Below, one piece after another: positions 11,581 through 25,170 of a DNA stretch of 64,000 nucleotides. Below the pieces are notes generated by a model. The model saw only the letters and a program-made list of their open reading frames with translations, was not told the DNA's origin and searched no databases. This stretch comes from Epiperipatus broadwayi. Its lineage: Eukaryota; Animalia; Onychophora. The position numbers were made by a program, and so were the translations under genes. The stretch spans positions 18,662,001 through 18,726,000 of the forward strand of contig JAQFVV010000006.1 in NCBI GenBank assembly GCA_028023455.1. Reading direction: 5' to 3'. Numbering within the stretch: position 1 is the first letter of the stretch; each line of letters opens with the position of its first letter.

Positions 11581-13125
11581 ATGTATTTGGTAATATTTAA
11601 ATAAAATTAAACTTTTCTAAAGACATTCAACACACATATTAAATGATGGAAATAATCCAATATAAAAACACTGTTGGATTTAATGCATTTACACATCAGT
11701 TTTCACCTTTTTATGCTCCCCTAACTAATATACAAATTTTTAAAAAAATGTTTTGAACCCTGAGAAACTTGTTTACACAATTATGTAGATCTGACATGAG
11801 TTGTCTTGGGTTTATAATTTTTGGATTTTTTTTAGATATAATTTTAGGCTATTAGCTTAGATAGTATAGCAGAAAAGAAATGGCTTTTCCAGATGCAAAG
11901 TGCTTTAGTTTCAGATTTGAATCCTAGGTCCCATTGCTAAAGCAAATGCCAGCAATCAGACTCTAGGGATGGTGGCATCATAACACTACATTATATGGTT
12001 TCCATTGATTATTCAAGCTTATAACAGATGGCTGTTGAGTAGAACTTGTTTTTGGAAACATCATCTATTAAATTTGAACTTTACAAAGAATATAGCTATA
12101 AAAATAAATTGAGTGTTGGTTCTTTTTTCATAAAAATAGAGTATTATGCAAGATCTCCACCTGGCAAAGGATGGGATTTTATTATGGTTGATTCAACAAT
12201 CAACTGGATTTAGTTTGTGTAATTAGGAAAAAACACCAGAAACATTATATATCTGAAAATATATTTGTATCAAACTGTAAAAAGAGTAAAAATTATTAAT
12301 TTTTATAATCATGTCACTGATAAAGGGTAATCATGAGTTCAACATGTGACACTTTTATTTATTTAATGTTTAACCCCACCCCCCCTAGACATTTTAACTA
12401 TACAAAATATCATAAAGGGCTTTGTAGAAATTCCAATTAGGAAATAGATTGACTATGAAAAGTCCATCAATTCTTTCATTGTAATAACATAAAGTAGTAT
12501 TTGCTAAATTCTATTTATGAAGCTGATGAGTGCAACAATCATTGATTGTTCTCACCCTATAGATGAAACTCCAGTTGCATGTAAGAAGATTAAATCCAAT
12601 TGATTTTAATGTTGAATCTGAGTGTGTGTGTGTGTTTGGATATTTGGTAACTTTTACACCATAATTCTTTGGGATTGCACATTCCTGATTTAAAATTCAA
12701 AAAGGGAATCTCAATTTGTCATATCTTAGATAGTAACACTATGCCATCAGTTTTAAGAGTCTTACCTGGTTAACAGTTTATTTATACCTTTTCTGTGAGA
12801 AGATTACTCTTCTGATATCTGGTGGAGTAATATGTGAAGGAAGAAGCAAAAACTGCAAAGGCATAGACTTAAGGGTGTCAGTAATATTTCTCATGATAAA
12901 TATTTAATTAAGTATCCAAAAATTTAGTGTGGTAAACTTTTTTCCCCAAACAGGAGCAAAATGTTCATCAGTAGAATATGCAATTTTCCCCACCTGTAAT
13001 AAAGTCTTCATCATATAACTTTTTTACTTACAATGAGTATATTGTCTCTTTTAAGTAACCTAAAAATTGGAATCATTATGAACTACTAACAATAGCTAAA
13101 TATCCATTTATTGATTAATATAGGA

Positions 13126-13520
13126 CAGGGGTCCCCAACCCTATGCCCGCGGGCACATGGTGGCCGCAGACCATTTTATGTGTGCCCGCCGCTATCCGAA
13201 CACGATAAAAAATTATTTATCTGATGCAAATAAATTTAATTTTTAAAATCTCTTATAAATTATTGTATTATATTGTAATCAAATTGTAGGGCATACTATA
13301 CTTTTACAGAGTAAAAATATAAACGTTATTTACGTTAAAATGTTATTTTTGAAATAAATATTTTTTTGTACATTATGTGTATTATTAACAATATCCAACT
13401 ATACATTTACATTGAAAAAATAAATGGTGCTCGCCACCTAGTGGAAAAAATAAATGGTGCCCGCCATCTGGTCGGTATTATAGAATGTGCTCTTAAGTGC
13501 AAAAAGGTTGGGGACTCCTG
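13126..13520. mobile_element. hAT-superfamily (Charlie-like) MITE, 395 bp
   Basis: TIRs CAGGGGTCCCCAACC / GGTTGGGGACTCCTG with an exact 8-bp TSD ATATAGGA (13118-13125 and 13521-13528). Confidence 0.93.
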
Positions 13521-15289
13521 ATATAGGATAACTGTCTGAATTATTGGGGGTCTGAACGAAAAATTCTAAGCCGGTTTAACTTTAAAAAAAAAATAAACGT
13601 AAAAATTTGAATCCATATTGTAGATTTGACACGCAGATACTGTGAAGCTTCATATATATAAATAAAAATAGAATATTCATGAAATGCTAGTTATAGACGA
13701 CTCAATTGTCATTAATTGGGATGTAACTATTGAAAGTCATACTTTTAATATCTATATTACTATTTTCTCTTCTTCTTTTTTTTTAAAGTTGAAGTGGCCA
13801 TATTCGCTGTTTATTTTTATTTACATATGATAATGAAAATAAGTTGAATATAAATATCAGTTATGGTACTATTCTCTTCTTGAAAAATGGGATTAAAGTT
13901 TATTCATTTGTCAAACAAAAAGGACATTGTAAATCAGGAATCCATTAAATATGAAATTGAAATACCGGAAGCTATCATTTATTTAAATAAAGGAAGAAAC
14001 CTTTTTTGTTTTTTATTTAAACTTGAAATGCAATCAATAAAATTATCATAGAATTATACATAAATTTTAATAAACCGTAAACATTTTTTTTTTCTAATCT
14101 TTTGGATTTAGATAATTTGCATTTATTTATTCATAATGTTTTGCTATGGTTATTTTTATATTAACAATATTATTATTTAAATGTAATTAAAATTAAAAAT
14201 GTATATATGATAGATCAATTTTTATTGGACGGAATTTGCAACCTTTTATTTTAAATGTTAAGGAAAATGGAAATGAGTAGTTATTTTATCTGTCACTAGG
14301 GCTTTGATATACAAATTATATATATTATTATGCTTAAAATCTTAATTGATTAATGTAAACATTAAACAAAAAAAAATAAAATGTTTTCCTTTTTTTTTTT
14401 TGTATTGTGATTTTGTTATTGTTCTTAATTGATTAAATTCTCACATTTATTTTCTTATATTGTATTAAAAAGAAACTTTGACAGAATTATTATATGACAT
14501 TCTAAATCTTGTGTATGTGTGCTTTTTGATGTATGCGCTAGCAGTATTGTTATTATTAATATTTGCCCCTTTTGTTTTTGGTTAAATTGAGAATTGATCT
14601 TAATAGAGTATATAGATTATGTTAAATGTTACTAATTATTCCATTTATGTGAAAAAAATTTAATCGAATCCCCAGAAATATTTTAAGTGAAGAATTAAAA
14701 TACAGTATTTAAAGGTCACTGCGATATTATCATTTTGTAATATATTTTTCTAACAAATTAATACATCACCTCAAATATTTTGAAACTTGAACAAGCGGCT
14801 AAATGGAACATAAACTCTGGCAGAAAATTTCGGTAAGGTTGTAATGTATTTTAAAATTTGGTTAAAGGTTGTAATGTATATTATATAAATCGTTTATATT
14901 TGCTTTGAATTGGGAGATTATTGAAATATGATAGATGATTTTAATTGGATGTGAACATTTTTTTTCTTCGTATCAACCCGATAAAAAGGATAATTGTAAT
15001 ATGACATGGCATTTTTAATTTTTTTTAACCGATTTTTTTTTCTAAAGCTAATTAATGCCAAAATTAAAATTGACACTAATTACATAAATCTTATAGTTGT
15101 ATATTTTACTATCAATTATTTTATACGAACAATAATGTACTAATTTATTTTTTTAATTGATAAAGGAGAGTTCTCGTACGCTTTACATTGATTCTGTGCA
15201 GTTGTTTTATATTTGATCAAATGGAATGTTTATCTAATTTTGCATTATCTTTTTCTGTCTGTAGAGTATATATAAAGTAAACCATTTAA

Positions 15290-16050
15290 AATGAATGTAC
15301 AAAAGGCTTTTGATCACACCAAACAACATTTTAAAATTTTATTGAGAGACTTTAATGCTAGAATTGGTAAACAATTGAAAGATGAGAGTGCTATGGGTAA
15401 ATTTGTTTGTGGAGATAAAAATAAGAGAGGTCTTAGACTTGTGGAGTTTGCAGAAAAAGAAAAACTTTCTAGTATGAATTCTTTCTTTGGGAAAAATGTT
15501 GAATAGAAATGGACAGGAAAGCATTCCAAGGAAGGTGTGATAGAATTGGATTAAATTTTGACTAACAGAAAATATGTACTTTAAGATTGTAATGTTCTTA
15601 ATAAATTCAGCACAGAATCATCCACTAGCAGATGGAAAATATGGGCTAATGCAAGATTGGACAGACACAAATTATTTTTAAAAAAAACAAAACAGTATTT
15701 CCAGTTGATGTTCCTAAACGTCACAAACATTCCAGTAAATTTAAATTAGAATTTGGAACTCATTTTAAAATTTATTAACAGATTTTGAAGATGATCTAGA
15801 TTTGAATAAAATCAATAGAAATAGATAATTGGTAGAAAAAGCAGTAAAATGTATATGGAACTAACAATTTATGAAGAATAAAAGGAAAATGAAAATATAT
15901 AAAAGTGATCCATTGGAAGAATTGAACATCTAAAGTTTTGTAAAATGATACAAAAAAGTGTTAAGAATGATATAAAAATATAATTATAAATCATTAAGGA
16001 ATCTGTAGAAATTAATATCAAAAATATAAAATAACATCTTTTCATTGGTA
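15290..16050 (+). mobile_element. RTE-clade LINE fragment (AP endonuclease region), decayed
   Basis: ILLRDFNARIG...NKRGLRLVEFAEKEKLSSMNSFF...KWT matches the RTE APE motifs GDFNA and NxRG. Stops and frameshifts follow. Confidence 0.8.
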
Positions 16051-16063
16051 GATGACATATTTC

Positions 16064-16268
16064 TGCACTAAAAAGAAATAATTATTTTTTCAATCACATT
16101 TGGAGTTGTTAGATTTAACTTGAAATAAAAGGATGGGGGGAATGGTCTAGAAATTAATTAATAGATGGATTTAATTAATTTCTGAACCCCCCTCCCCATG
16201 CTTTTATTTCAAGTTGAATCTAAAAACTCCACTTGTGGTTGAAGAAATAAGTATTTCTTTTTAGTGCA
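16064..16268. repeat. ~205-bp foldback (MITE-like)
   Basis: TGCACTAAAAAGAAATA...TATTTCTTTTTAGTGCA with ~95-bp imperfect arms and a short loop. Confidence 0.7.
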
Positions 16269-18929
16269 CAGTCAATAAATGCATTTAATATATACATTTT
16301 TTTATCTCCATTATTTGCTAATGTTTATGCTAATTTTATTAAATTATATTGAGACAAATTTAAAATATGCATTTGTGCTTTATCAAAGTTTATATATTTC
16401 ATTTACTAGAATCCTATGTAATGTACAGATTTGAGAAGTATTTTTTGTGAATGTCTAAATAAGATGATAGTGTAACAGATTGCAAATAGCCCACTATAGG
16501 ACAAATCTTTGCCAATAGTTTTCCAAATAAGAACGTGAAAGAGAACACATTATTCACTGAGTTAATTAGATACTAGATGATTAAGAGTTTTACATGATTA
16601 TCCACTTTTCTTTTACTTGTCAGCAACAATTTACCATAACTAATATTTTTATTTGTAAATTAATCCTAAATACTATTTAGATCACTATGTTTTTTGTTAA
16701 TATAAAAATCTATTTTTATATCCTCATTTTTTTTCCATCTCAACACATTGTCTCAAAGTTCAATAATATTTCACTTTTTTCTTTTTTGTCTCTAATATAA
16801 GTGTATTAATTTGTGGATTGTTTTTAGACTTAATCATAAAATGCCTTAGATTGACTGCCATAACTGGATTTTCTTGGATTTAATTCTGGGAACCATACTT
16901 CTATTGGAGTAGCTTTCTTTTTTCATTAAAAACATATTTAAGGATAAATCATTTTGAATATTGTAGCTGTATCATGATAACCCAAACATACACACACATA
17001 TATATATATATATATAAAGAAAAGAAGAAAAAAAACCTATTAAAATGATTTTAAAAAGTGACTGTTTTGCTAATATTAAACAGAGCTTCAAGAATCAAAA
17101 AATCAGTGCCAGGCTTCCCATAGCCAAAATTATTATTATTATTTAATTTTTTATTGTATTTAGTGAAATAATTTATACTTGAATTGTATTTGTTGGCAAA
17201 TTCTCATTTACAGTGATACTTTTCAACTAAATAAACAAGCCTTTTACTGTTTCACGTGATTTAACTGTTTTTTTTTATCAATGTATCACATGATTTTTTC
17301 AGCGTATACTTAATAACTGCAATAATGCAGTATATTTTTTCACCTATTTTTAACCAGCATCCTTGCAAGTTACTTTAGTTTTGTATCTTCTTCATTACTC
17401 CAAGTATAGAGATGATGCTTTTTATGTTTCAAAATTTCTAGAAAAACTTATTCCAGATATTTTTGTATTTTAAGTTTTCTAACGTGCAACGTGATAGTAC
17501 TTCAGCAGAAAAAGTGCTATTGCTTGGTAAAATTTGAGGAAAGGAAGTCCAATGGCAGCCATTTTCAAAACCAGAAAAGAATGAAGAACGTTTGTATGCA
17601 GAAGAAGCAGGAATTAATATTGACTCACTAAAGGACAAATTTCATGAGTTAATTTTTATGGATGGAAGCCCAGATTCAAATCTTAGTTTAATAAGTGGGA
17701 AATGAGTACCAATATTAAATGTCAAGCATATTAATTTGTATAATAAATGTAAATAGATCACTGAGGATTTTTTTTTAAGTTACTAATTAAAGAAGCAAGA
17801 CATTTCTTTCTGAAAATGACAAAAAAATTTGAATCATCTAAATTCTTTTTTAACCACATTTTAATTTAACTTTATTTTGAACTCTAGCAATTATAATTTT
17901 CTTTTATGCCTTCATCATTTTTTTTATATAGTAATATTACATCTGTTTTTAATGTACTGTTCCTAAAATGTACATATATGAACTTTATCCTGTGCTGTGT
18001 TATATTTTTTCATATGTTGCCCATATTTTTTTCATATTCAATAAAGTTAATAAATTAGTTTTTATAGCTGCTGTTATATTGATCCTACTTCTTTTTTTTT
18101 ATAATTTTCAAAGATGTTATTTATTTTTATCATAAACAGTCATGGAATGTTTTGAATTATATATTTCTTTGAGAAATTGGCTTCAGGTCCTTTAGCTTCT
18201 TCTATGTAATCTTTCAGCTGACTTTTTCAAATGGATGCACACTTTGATATCATTTCATTGAAATTAAAAGTCACTAGCATTTCTCGGAGGTTTTCTTATT
18301 TCAATGGGAAGTTGTGTGGACCAATGATATTATTATACATTGTTGCATATTTAAGTATTAAACAATCTTCTTTTGATTTTTCATTAAATGTTGATCTTCA
18401 AAAAAAATTATTCAATTGAACAGTGTCCCATTGATTTTTTTTTTTTTTTAACTTCAATGTTTAATGAAAACTATAAAGAAGTTATTTGCCTAAACACTAC
18501 AGGGTAATACTTAAATGATGTTAAAATATAGAATGTTATCATTTGCACACATATATGCAAAATCACTTGTTTCTTTCTAAAAAAAAAAAAAATCTCAACT
18601 ACTTAAGAATTATTTCTTGATTTTGAATTAAAAGTTTTATTAACTGTTTTAATGATTTTTGTTAGAAAAACTTTTTATTCTATATTAGCAAAACTACTTT
18701 TTATATACTTAGTTTTCTCTTTAACCCCAAAAATTATTTTATTCGCATAGACTTTGTGCAAAACCCAAATTTAAAATGGAACATTTTCTATTTTTCAATT
18801 ATTAACTTTCATTAAAACTAAATGATTTAATCATTCATCCGTATTTTGCATTAATCCTTATTTTCATCATCAATCAACCATCAAATGTGTTTTTTGATTA
18901 CTATTATTCTAAACTAGCTATTAATATAG

Positions 18930-19200
18930 GGTATATGAGCACAAACTTTCAGATGACCCATCACTCTCCACTCTATCTAATATCACTGATACACTCAAGC
19001 ACATATATGCTGAAAAGATAAATAATCACCAATATACGTATTTCATGCTAAACCAGCAATCATCAGTTGGTCCAGATTATCATCTCCCACACATATATAC
19101 TATAAGTGCTCAGATATATATTAAGATAGACAATCTTACTACTTTAATGGACAGGCTCCAATCTACTACACCCTCCAACTCTTCAACCATCATTTTTAGT
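18930..19200 (-). mobile_element. HHR family A element, copy 3
   Basis: Homologous to 10830-11080 in reverse orientation, including the HHR and the terminal hairpin region. Confidence 0.7.
19022..19085 (-). ncRNA. Type-I hammerhead ribozyme, family A (copy A3)
   Basis: Reverse complement: GGACCAA-CTGATGA-TTGCTG-GTT-TAGCAT-GAA-ATACGTAT-A-TTGG. Stem III is the perfect palindrome ATACGTAT. Stem I is CCAA/TTGG. Confidence 0.75.
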
Positions 19201-20440
19201 TACACATGAAATTACTTTGGTCTTTTTTTTACTAACTTCTATTATCACATCTGTTGCCATCAATTTTTTAGGTTTTTTTTCTTTCTACTATTAATTTATC
19301 AAATTTATCTTTTGCTGCCCCCCCCCCCCATATTTCTAAAAGAAATGCAACTATTTTTTTCATCTTCTAAATAAGACTTTAGATAATGTGTGTCTCACTG
19401 CATTTCAAATAATAAATTCTAACTTTTGTGCTCTGTATTTTAGTATCATAATAAAGTGGCTGACTTAAGAGAATGTTTCTTGATCGATTTCTGATTGAAA
19501 AAGAAAAAAAAAGGTCCTTTGAATAAAATTGTTCTGCTCACTCACGTGACTCCCGAATATCTGATCTTGTAATTTATCATGATGTGAGATAAATTCAATA
19601 ATAATATTTTTTTAAAAAATCATTGAAAAGTTATTTTTAAATGATGTTTGGAGCTTACTTGGTAGCATATTGTATGTAGATGTTGTATATGAGGAGAGGG
19701 GGGTGGCCATCTTTTTTTTTTTGTCAGCTACAATGCACTTTGATAAGTAATTTATTATTTTGACTTGCACTAAATAGACAGCTCCACCAGGTCTTGCATT
19801 ATCTGATAATAAATGAATATAGAATTTTTATTTCTTTTTTCTTTTAAAAATTAAAATTGTATGTAATTATTTTTTGAATGCACGATTATATTTAGTTCGG
19901 TTTGATTGGAGTGTTAAAGATGAAAAGCAGCTACCCATTGGTTCTCTGTTTTAAATAATATGCTTTCTAAAAAAATGAAGAAATTATATTTTGTTTAAAC
20001 TTGTCAACTGTGTTTAAATGAATTCAAATGCCCACAAATTAGTTACCATGGTTACATTCTATTTTTGTTCTGTATTTAAATTGTAAAAAAATATGAATGC
20101 TGCCATTGGAAACCTGATTTCACTGGGATTATGCATTTGAGGGTTCTGAAACCTTCTTTTTCATGACTGACAAAGTATCTTCTTTTAACAAATGAATTAT
20201 AAATTAATAATTTGATATTTTATTGAGATATTTTTTTCATTCTTAAATTTTTCAAAAAGATCAGCATGCCTATTCAAAATCAATCCTTTTTTTTTTACAT
20301 CATGAATTATTTATTTCAATTTCTTTTGTAAACATTTATAGATAATTATTTAAATTTTATGATTAAATATTATTGTGTATAACCATTTCTTTGTATTTAA
20401 GTATAGTATTGTAATGTGCAATCATTTCTTTTTAATTTAG

Positions 20441-20569
20441 ATATTCTTTCGTACTGGGGCATTAACGCAGCTTGAGGATGCTCGGGACAAAAAAATCACA
20501 GGGACCATTATTCAGCTGCAGGCTTATTGTCGTGGTTATCTCGGATGCCAAAAGCTTAAAAAACTTAAG
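20441..20569 (+). CDS. MYO18A: Myosin XVIII exon: end of motor/converter and IQ motif ([43 protein letters not shown])
   Basis: AG/GTAAG splice sites, 129 nt, phase 0. Recognisably homologous to the MYO18A VFFRAG...FQAACRGYLAR region. Joins in frame to 53864. Confidence 0.93.
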
Positions 20570-20888
20570 GTAAGATTGTTCAGAATTTTACAGTTGTCTA
20601 AAATATTATGTTGCACATGTGCAGTTCTAATAAATTGATTCATAACATTTACCAATTTATTTGATCCATAGTGAATTTTCTTGATTTTGACAAAAATTTC
20701 ATTGGTATTTATATTTTTCACTGTTATTAATAGTGCAATACTTCTTTAATGTAATAATGCGTATTTATATTTTCATTATGTATCTTTATGATATGAAATT
20801 CATTAAAGTTTATGATGTAACTCTAAAATTGAGATACTAGAAAAATTAGAGAATGGATACTACAATTTATTATGATCATATAATATCA

Positions 20889-21096
20889 CATCATCACTGT
20901 TTCTTATGCAAGCACATTACTGTTATTAAAACAGGCAAAACTCTCCATACAGTAGCGCCACTCAGTGCCAACCAGAATAATCAATGGATGCCAGAAGGCT
21001 TGTGCATAAAATTCCTGCACAAGCCTTCTGGCATCCATTGATTACTCTGGTTGGCACTGAGTGGCACTGCCGTATGGAGAGTTTTGCCTGTTTTAA
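20889..21096. mobile_element. HHR family B-derived foldback insertion (no HHR core retained), 13-bp TSD
   Basis: ~80-bp inverted arms with about 4 mismatches, homologous to the 3' tail of the 2991-4159 unit. TCATATAATATCA is repeated at 20876-20888 and 21097-21109. Confidence 0.85.
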
Positions 21097-21911
21097 TCAT
21101 ATAATATCATTTGATCATACAAATCTTTTCACATAGTTGTTTATCCTGTCTTTGAACAGAGGACTAAACATATATAATTTTATTAAATGTATGTGGGATA
21201 TTCTTTATAGCTTTTTAAATTTCATATTTATTTTCTTTTATGTCATTTAATGTTTAAATACTTTTTTCCTTCCTATCACATAAGATATATTTTGAAATTC
21301 GTAATAATTGTTTATTTTTAAACAGTATATATATATATATTTCTCTCTTTCTTTATTTTTAAATAAATCTCATAATATCCATAATTGGAATTGTTGATAT
21401 CATATAGACTATAAGATTCGTTATGTATTAATTTATTAAATTTTTAAGTGGAGAGATTTAATTAATTGCATCCCCATTCTTAGTTTTTAAATTAAGTATA
21501 AAAAGTTTTTTTTTGAAAATCTGAAACTTTTTTCGCTTTTCTTCTATTCCTCCATATTAGGTGCAGATAGTTTTGAGATGACAGACATAAATCCTATGTA
21601 TGCAAAAAAAAAATATTTGTTCACATAAAAGTTTAAAAAAAGTGCACAAAACATTAGAAGTGTGCTATACCATTCATAATGTATGAATGTAAGATGGGAA
21701 TTATCCTTTATTCAGTAGCATTAAACCAATTTTATAGTTTAAAGTTGAATTTGTTATAATTGTGTGAAAAAATTCATTAATTGTTGTTGTTGTTTTTTTG
21801 TCATAATAATTGAATTTAGTAGCATTGAATTCATTAGCTATTTTTAGGATATGTATCACTTTAAACACTATTAGAAAATTGTAATTCTATTTAGAGAATA
21901 TTAATACCCCC

Positions 21912-22285
21912 TTATTTGCACTATACTATAATATTAGATCAGTGATGTTAAATGCGAAGATACTTTTGTTCCAGCCACAAGATAAAGACTTGAGAAAATA
22001 AGGAGTGTCTTATTTTCAACCTAAATGCACTAATATAGGCCAATCTTAAATGTATTGGAATGAGAGCGTGACTATATAGTAAATCATTCAATTTACATCC
22101 ATTTCTTTTAATAATCTTACTAACACTTTTGAAATATTTATTTTGTGCTAATTTTAGATGTTAAACTATGTAATGATTCAATGAATTTTTTATTTTTACA
22201 AACTGTTTATCTTGTGGCTGGAACGAAAATATCCTTGCAAATATTTAACACCATTGATTTAATATTATAGTAAGGTGCAAGTGAA
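21912..22285. repeat. Imperfect inverted repeat (~75-bp arms, ~220-bp spacer)
   Basis: 21912-21986 (...GTTCCAGCCACAAGATAAA) pairs with 22206-22285 (TTTATCTTGTGGCTGGAAC...). Confidence 0.7.
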
Positions 22286-25118
22286 AATGGATTATTACCT
22301 TCTATTAGAAAATTGATGTTTTCAGAGCCATAAGCAAGAAAGCAAATGCTCAGTTTGTTGCTTCTTGATATGGCTGCTTGCATCGCTGCCACATTTTCTT
22401 AATGTGAATTTATTTCAATTATTTTGAATGTATTTGAAGCTTACTTTTACAATAGGCATGTAAAGTTCATCCATACATTGTATTTGGGAGTTTAAAAATA
22501 TAGCTCTGCATGAATTTTGCTTTATAAAGATCTTTTTTATATAACAAAGTAAAAGATAAAATTGTTTTTGAATGCCCCACTGCAAAGAAAGGGCCTTTGT
22601 AAAAATTCCTGTAGCATCTCCTCTACTGACGCCACTTTTATAAAAGATGCAAATGCAGCAGATCCAGATTCAAGTTCCCTACTATCTAAGGTTATAAAAC
22701 AAAAGCTATCTGGAAGTATGGCTATCTTTAATAACCTAGTACCATCTAATCTCTGTTACATCATTCAATTTTACAATTGATGATAACAGTGGAATAGAAA
22801 AAATACTATTTGGTTGGTTAGGTGGGTTATTTGAGAACCAACTATCAGAGTGAAAAATTTTAAACCTGCCAAAATACTAGGTATGGCAGGCAGAAATGAT
22901 TTCCCTACAGTAATTCTCTGTGAATACAATCTTTTAAGAAAGTTGTCTTTTAATATGGTATATCAATAAAGTTTCATAACTCTATTTGTCTGACTGCATT
23001 GCTGCCAATTATTATCCAATAGGTTCAAAAGATCTAGTTCCTACAGATTCAAGTCCAAACTCCTTATTGCAAGTCAGAAATTGGTTTTATTTAAAATTTC
23101 CACCATTTTTGATCCAAGATTGTTGAGATTAGTTATTCATTATGTGTGTATATATATATTGTAATGAATAAAGTAGTTTATGTGACTTCGCCAGAAAGCA
23201 CTACTAGATAATAAACCTCCACCTTTCTTATACCAAATTATTATCTAATATTCTTAATTAATGAAAGCAGATCCAATAGAAAAAAAGTTAAATTTAATAG
23301 CACACACAAATCTATTACTCATACAAAGTTATTTTTCTTTTAAATAGTCAGGTGGTAATGGAGATCAGAAACTCTTTTACAGTATTACATGTAACACATA
23401 TATTATATTTATAATTTTAGTGAAATTATTAATTAAGCAATTATCTGTAATAAAATAAACAAAATCCATATTTAACAAACAAAATAATTTATTTAACAAA
23501 AACAATATTATTAGTATAACAACTATTAATATTCAATTCACATACTAAAATCAACCAATGCACTCATGATTGACAAATTACCATTTTGTCAAACTAAATA
23601 TAGTCAGCCAGCACTGATATAAATAGTTAGAAATCCAGCAACCTATAAATTGAAGGCTCATAAAAGGATGCAATGGATGAAATGCCTAATAAAGATAAGA
23701 TAAACTCAATATTTGAATAATATCAACATTAATTCATCATCGGTAGCTGTACTTACTGATGTATAATGACATTACCCATGCTCTCATAAAAGTATTTATT
23801 AAAAATTAAATTTATATAAACAAAAGTCATAGGAAATTTACACCTAATACCAACAGTATATCAAACATTCAATCGTCCAATATTTAGACTGTTAATACAT
23901 GCAGCATCAGCCAATTCTCTTACATAAAATAAGTATTCATTAGCAATTTAAAAGACATTTTGAAAATCAAAATTATAATTTATTTCCTTTAAATAACACT
24001 ATTTTTATATTTTATAATCTGTACTAAAACATGACATCAATATATACTTTCCATAAATAAGAATGAATTATTATTTATCACATTTGTATTATTTTTTTAA
24101 ACATTCCAACAAGACATTCTAAAATATTAATTTGAATACATATTTTATCAGCAGATATATTAATCTACACAATATCTATGAACTGATAAGTTAAGTTATG
24201 ATTAATTAATATTGGTATGATTATATGAGAAACAGTTTATTGTTTTAGAAAAAAATGTTCAATAAAGATATATAAATTGTTTTTATTTATTCTGATTTAT
24301 TTACAGTAAAGTTCTATTTTTCTTCTCCAATTTTTAAGATCCTAGAAGACAAATTTTCTATTATGGCATTCCATTTTGTTTTAAATATAGGCCTGCATGA
24401 AATTGAAAAGAAAATAATTTTTTCAGCTATTAATGGCTTAAAACATATTCCTATTCATATTGGTTGAAGAGATAGAAGGATACATTATTTATTTGAATTT
24501 GTGTCTGTCTTCTTGGGATAGAAACCTATGCACTTAGATTTATTGTATGAGCTTAAAGTTTATTAATTTTTTTTAAAGAACAATGATCCAATCTGTTCAT
24601 GTGATCACTCAATATTAAGAAGTTATTCTTGGCAAAGTGCCAACAGAACAATAAATGAGTTCACATTTATAATTCAAAATATTTAATATAAAAAAAATAA
24701 TATCAGTTCTTTATAGATTAATATTTTAAATACAACAGAATTGATTTTAATACAAAATAATATACAATTATAAAAATACATTAATTATCTTTTTAAATTA
24801 TTGTTTTATAAAATTAACTTTTTTATAAAGAGTGCATAAAGTAATTAATTAATGATAATAATAATAAAATACTGTAAACACACTATGATGCCATATTTTA
24901 AAATTATTAAATAAAATTTATTTTCCACAGATATACTTATCATATACATCAATGAAATATATTTCTATAGAATATATATCATTTCAATACATATGTGTAA
25001 ATTCATTGAAACAATATCAATATTAATCAACAATCTCAATTTCTTGTCAAGGCAACCTCTTTTTAACAATAAAGGTCAAAATTCACTTTTATTTATGGTC
25101 TAATATGTTTATATAGAC

Positions 25119-25170
25119 CAGGGGTTGGCAACCTAGACCACATGTATCATGCTTGGCCTGTTATCGATAA
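25119..25170 (+). mobile_element. Isolated hAT-like terminus
   Basis: CAGGGGTTGGCAACC resembles Charlie-type TIRs. No matching opposite end or TSD was found. Confidence 0.4.

Noticed and set aside
12520-12580. CTGATGAG followed by a hairpin
   Set aside because: Spacing to GAAA is wrong and there is no cleavage triplet or stem I.
13620-14840. Two exon-like stretches (VIDDSIVINWDV; KLEQAAKWNINSGRKFR followed by GTAAGG)
   Set aside because: No recognisable homology, weak acceptors, and no fit to the missing myosin exon.
17400-17705. GC-elevated frame ...QWQPFSKPEK...HELIFMDGS
   Set aside because: It has an in-frame stop, no good splice sites and no myosin similarity. It could be a LINE RNase H relic but is not supportable.
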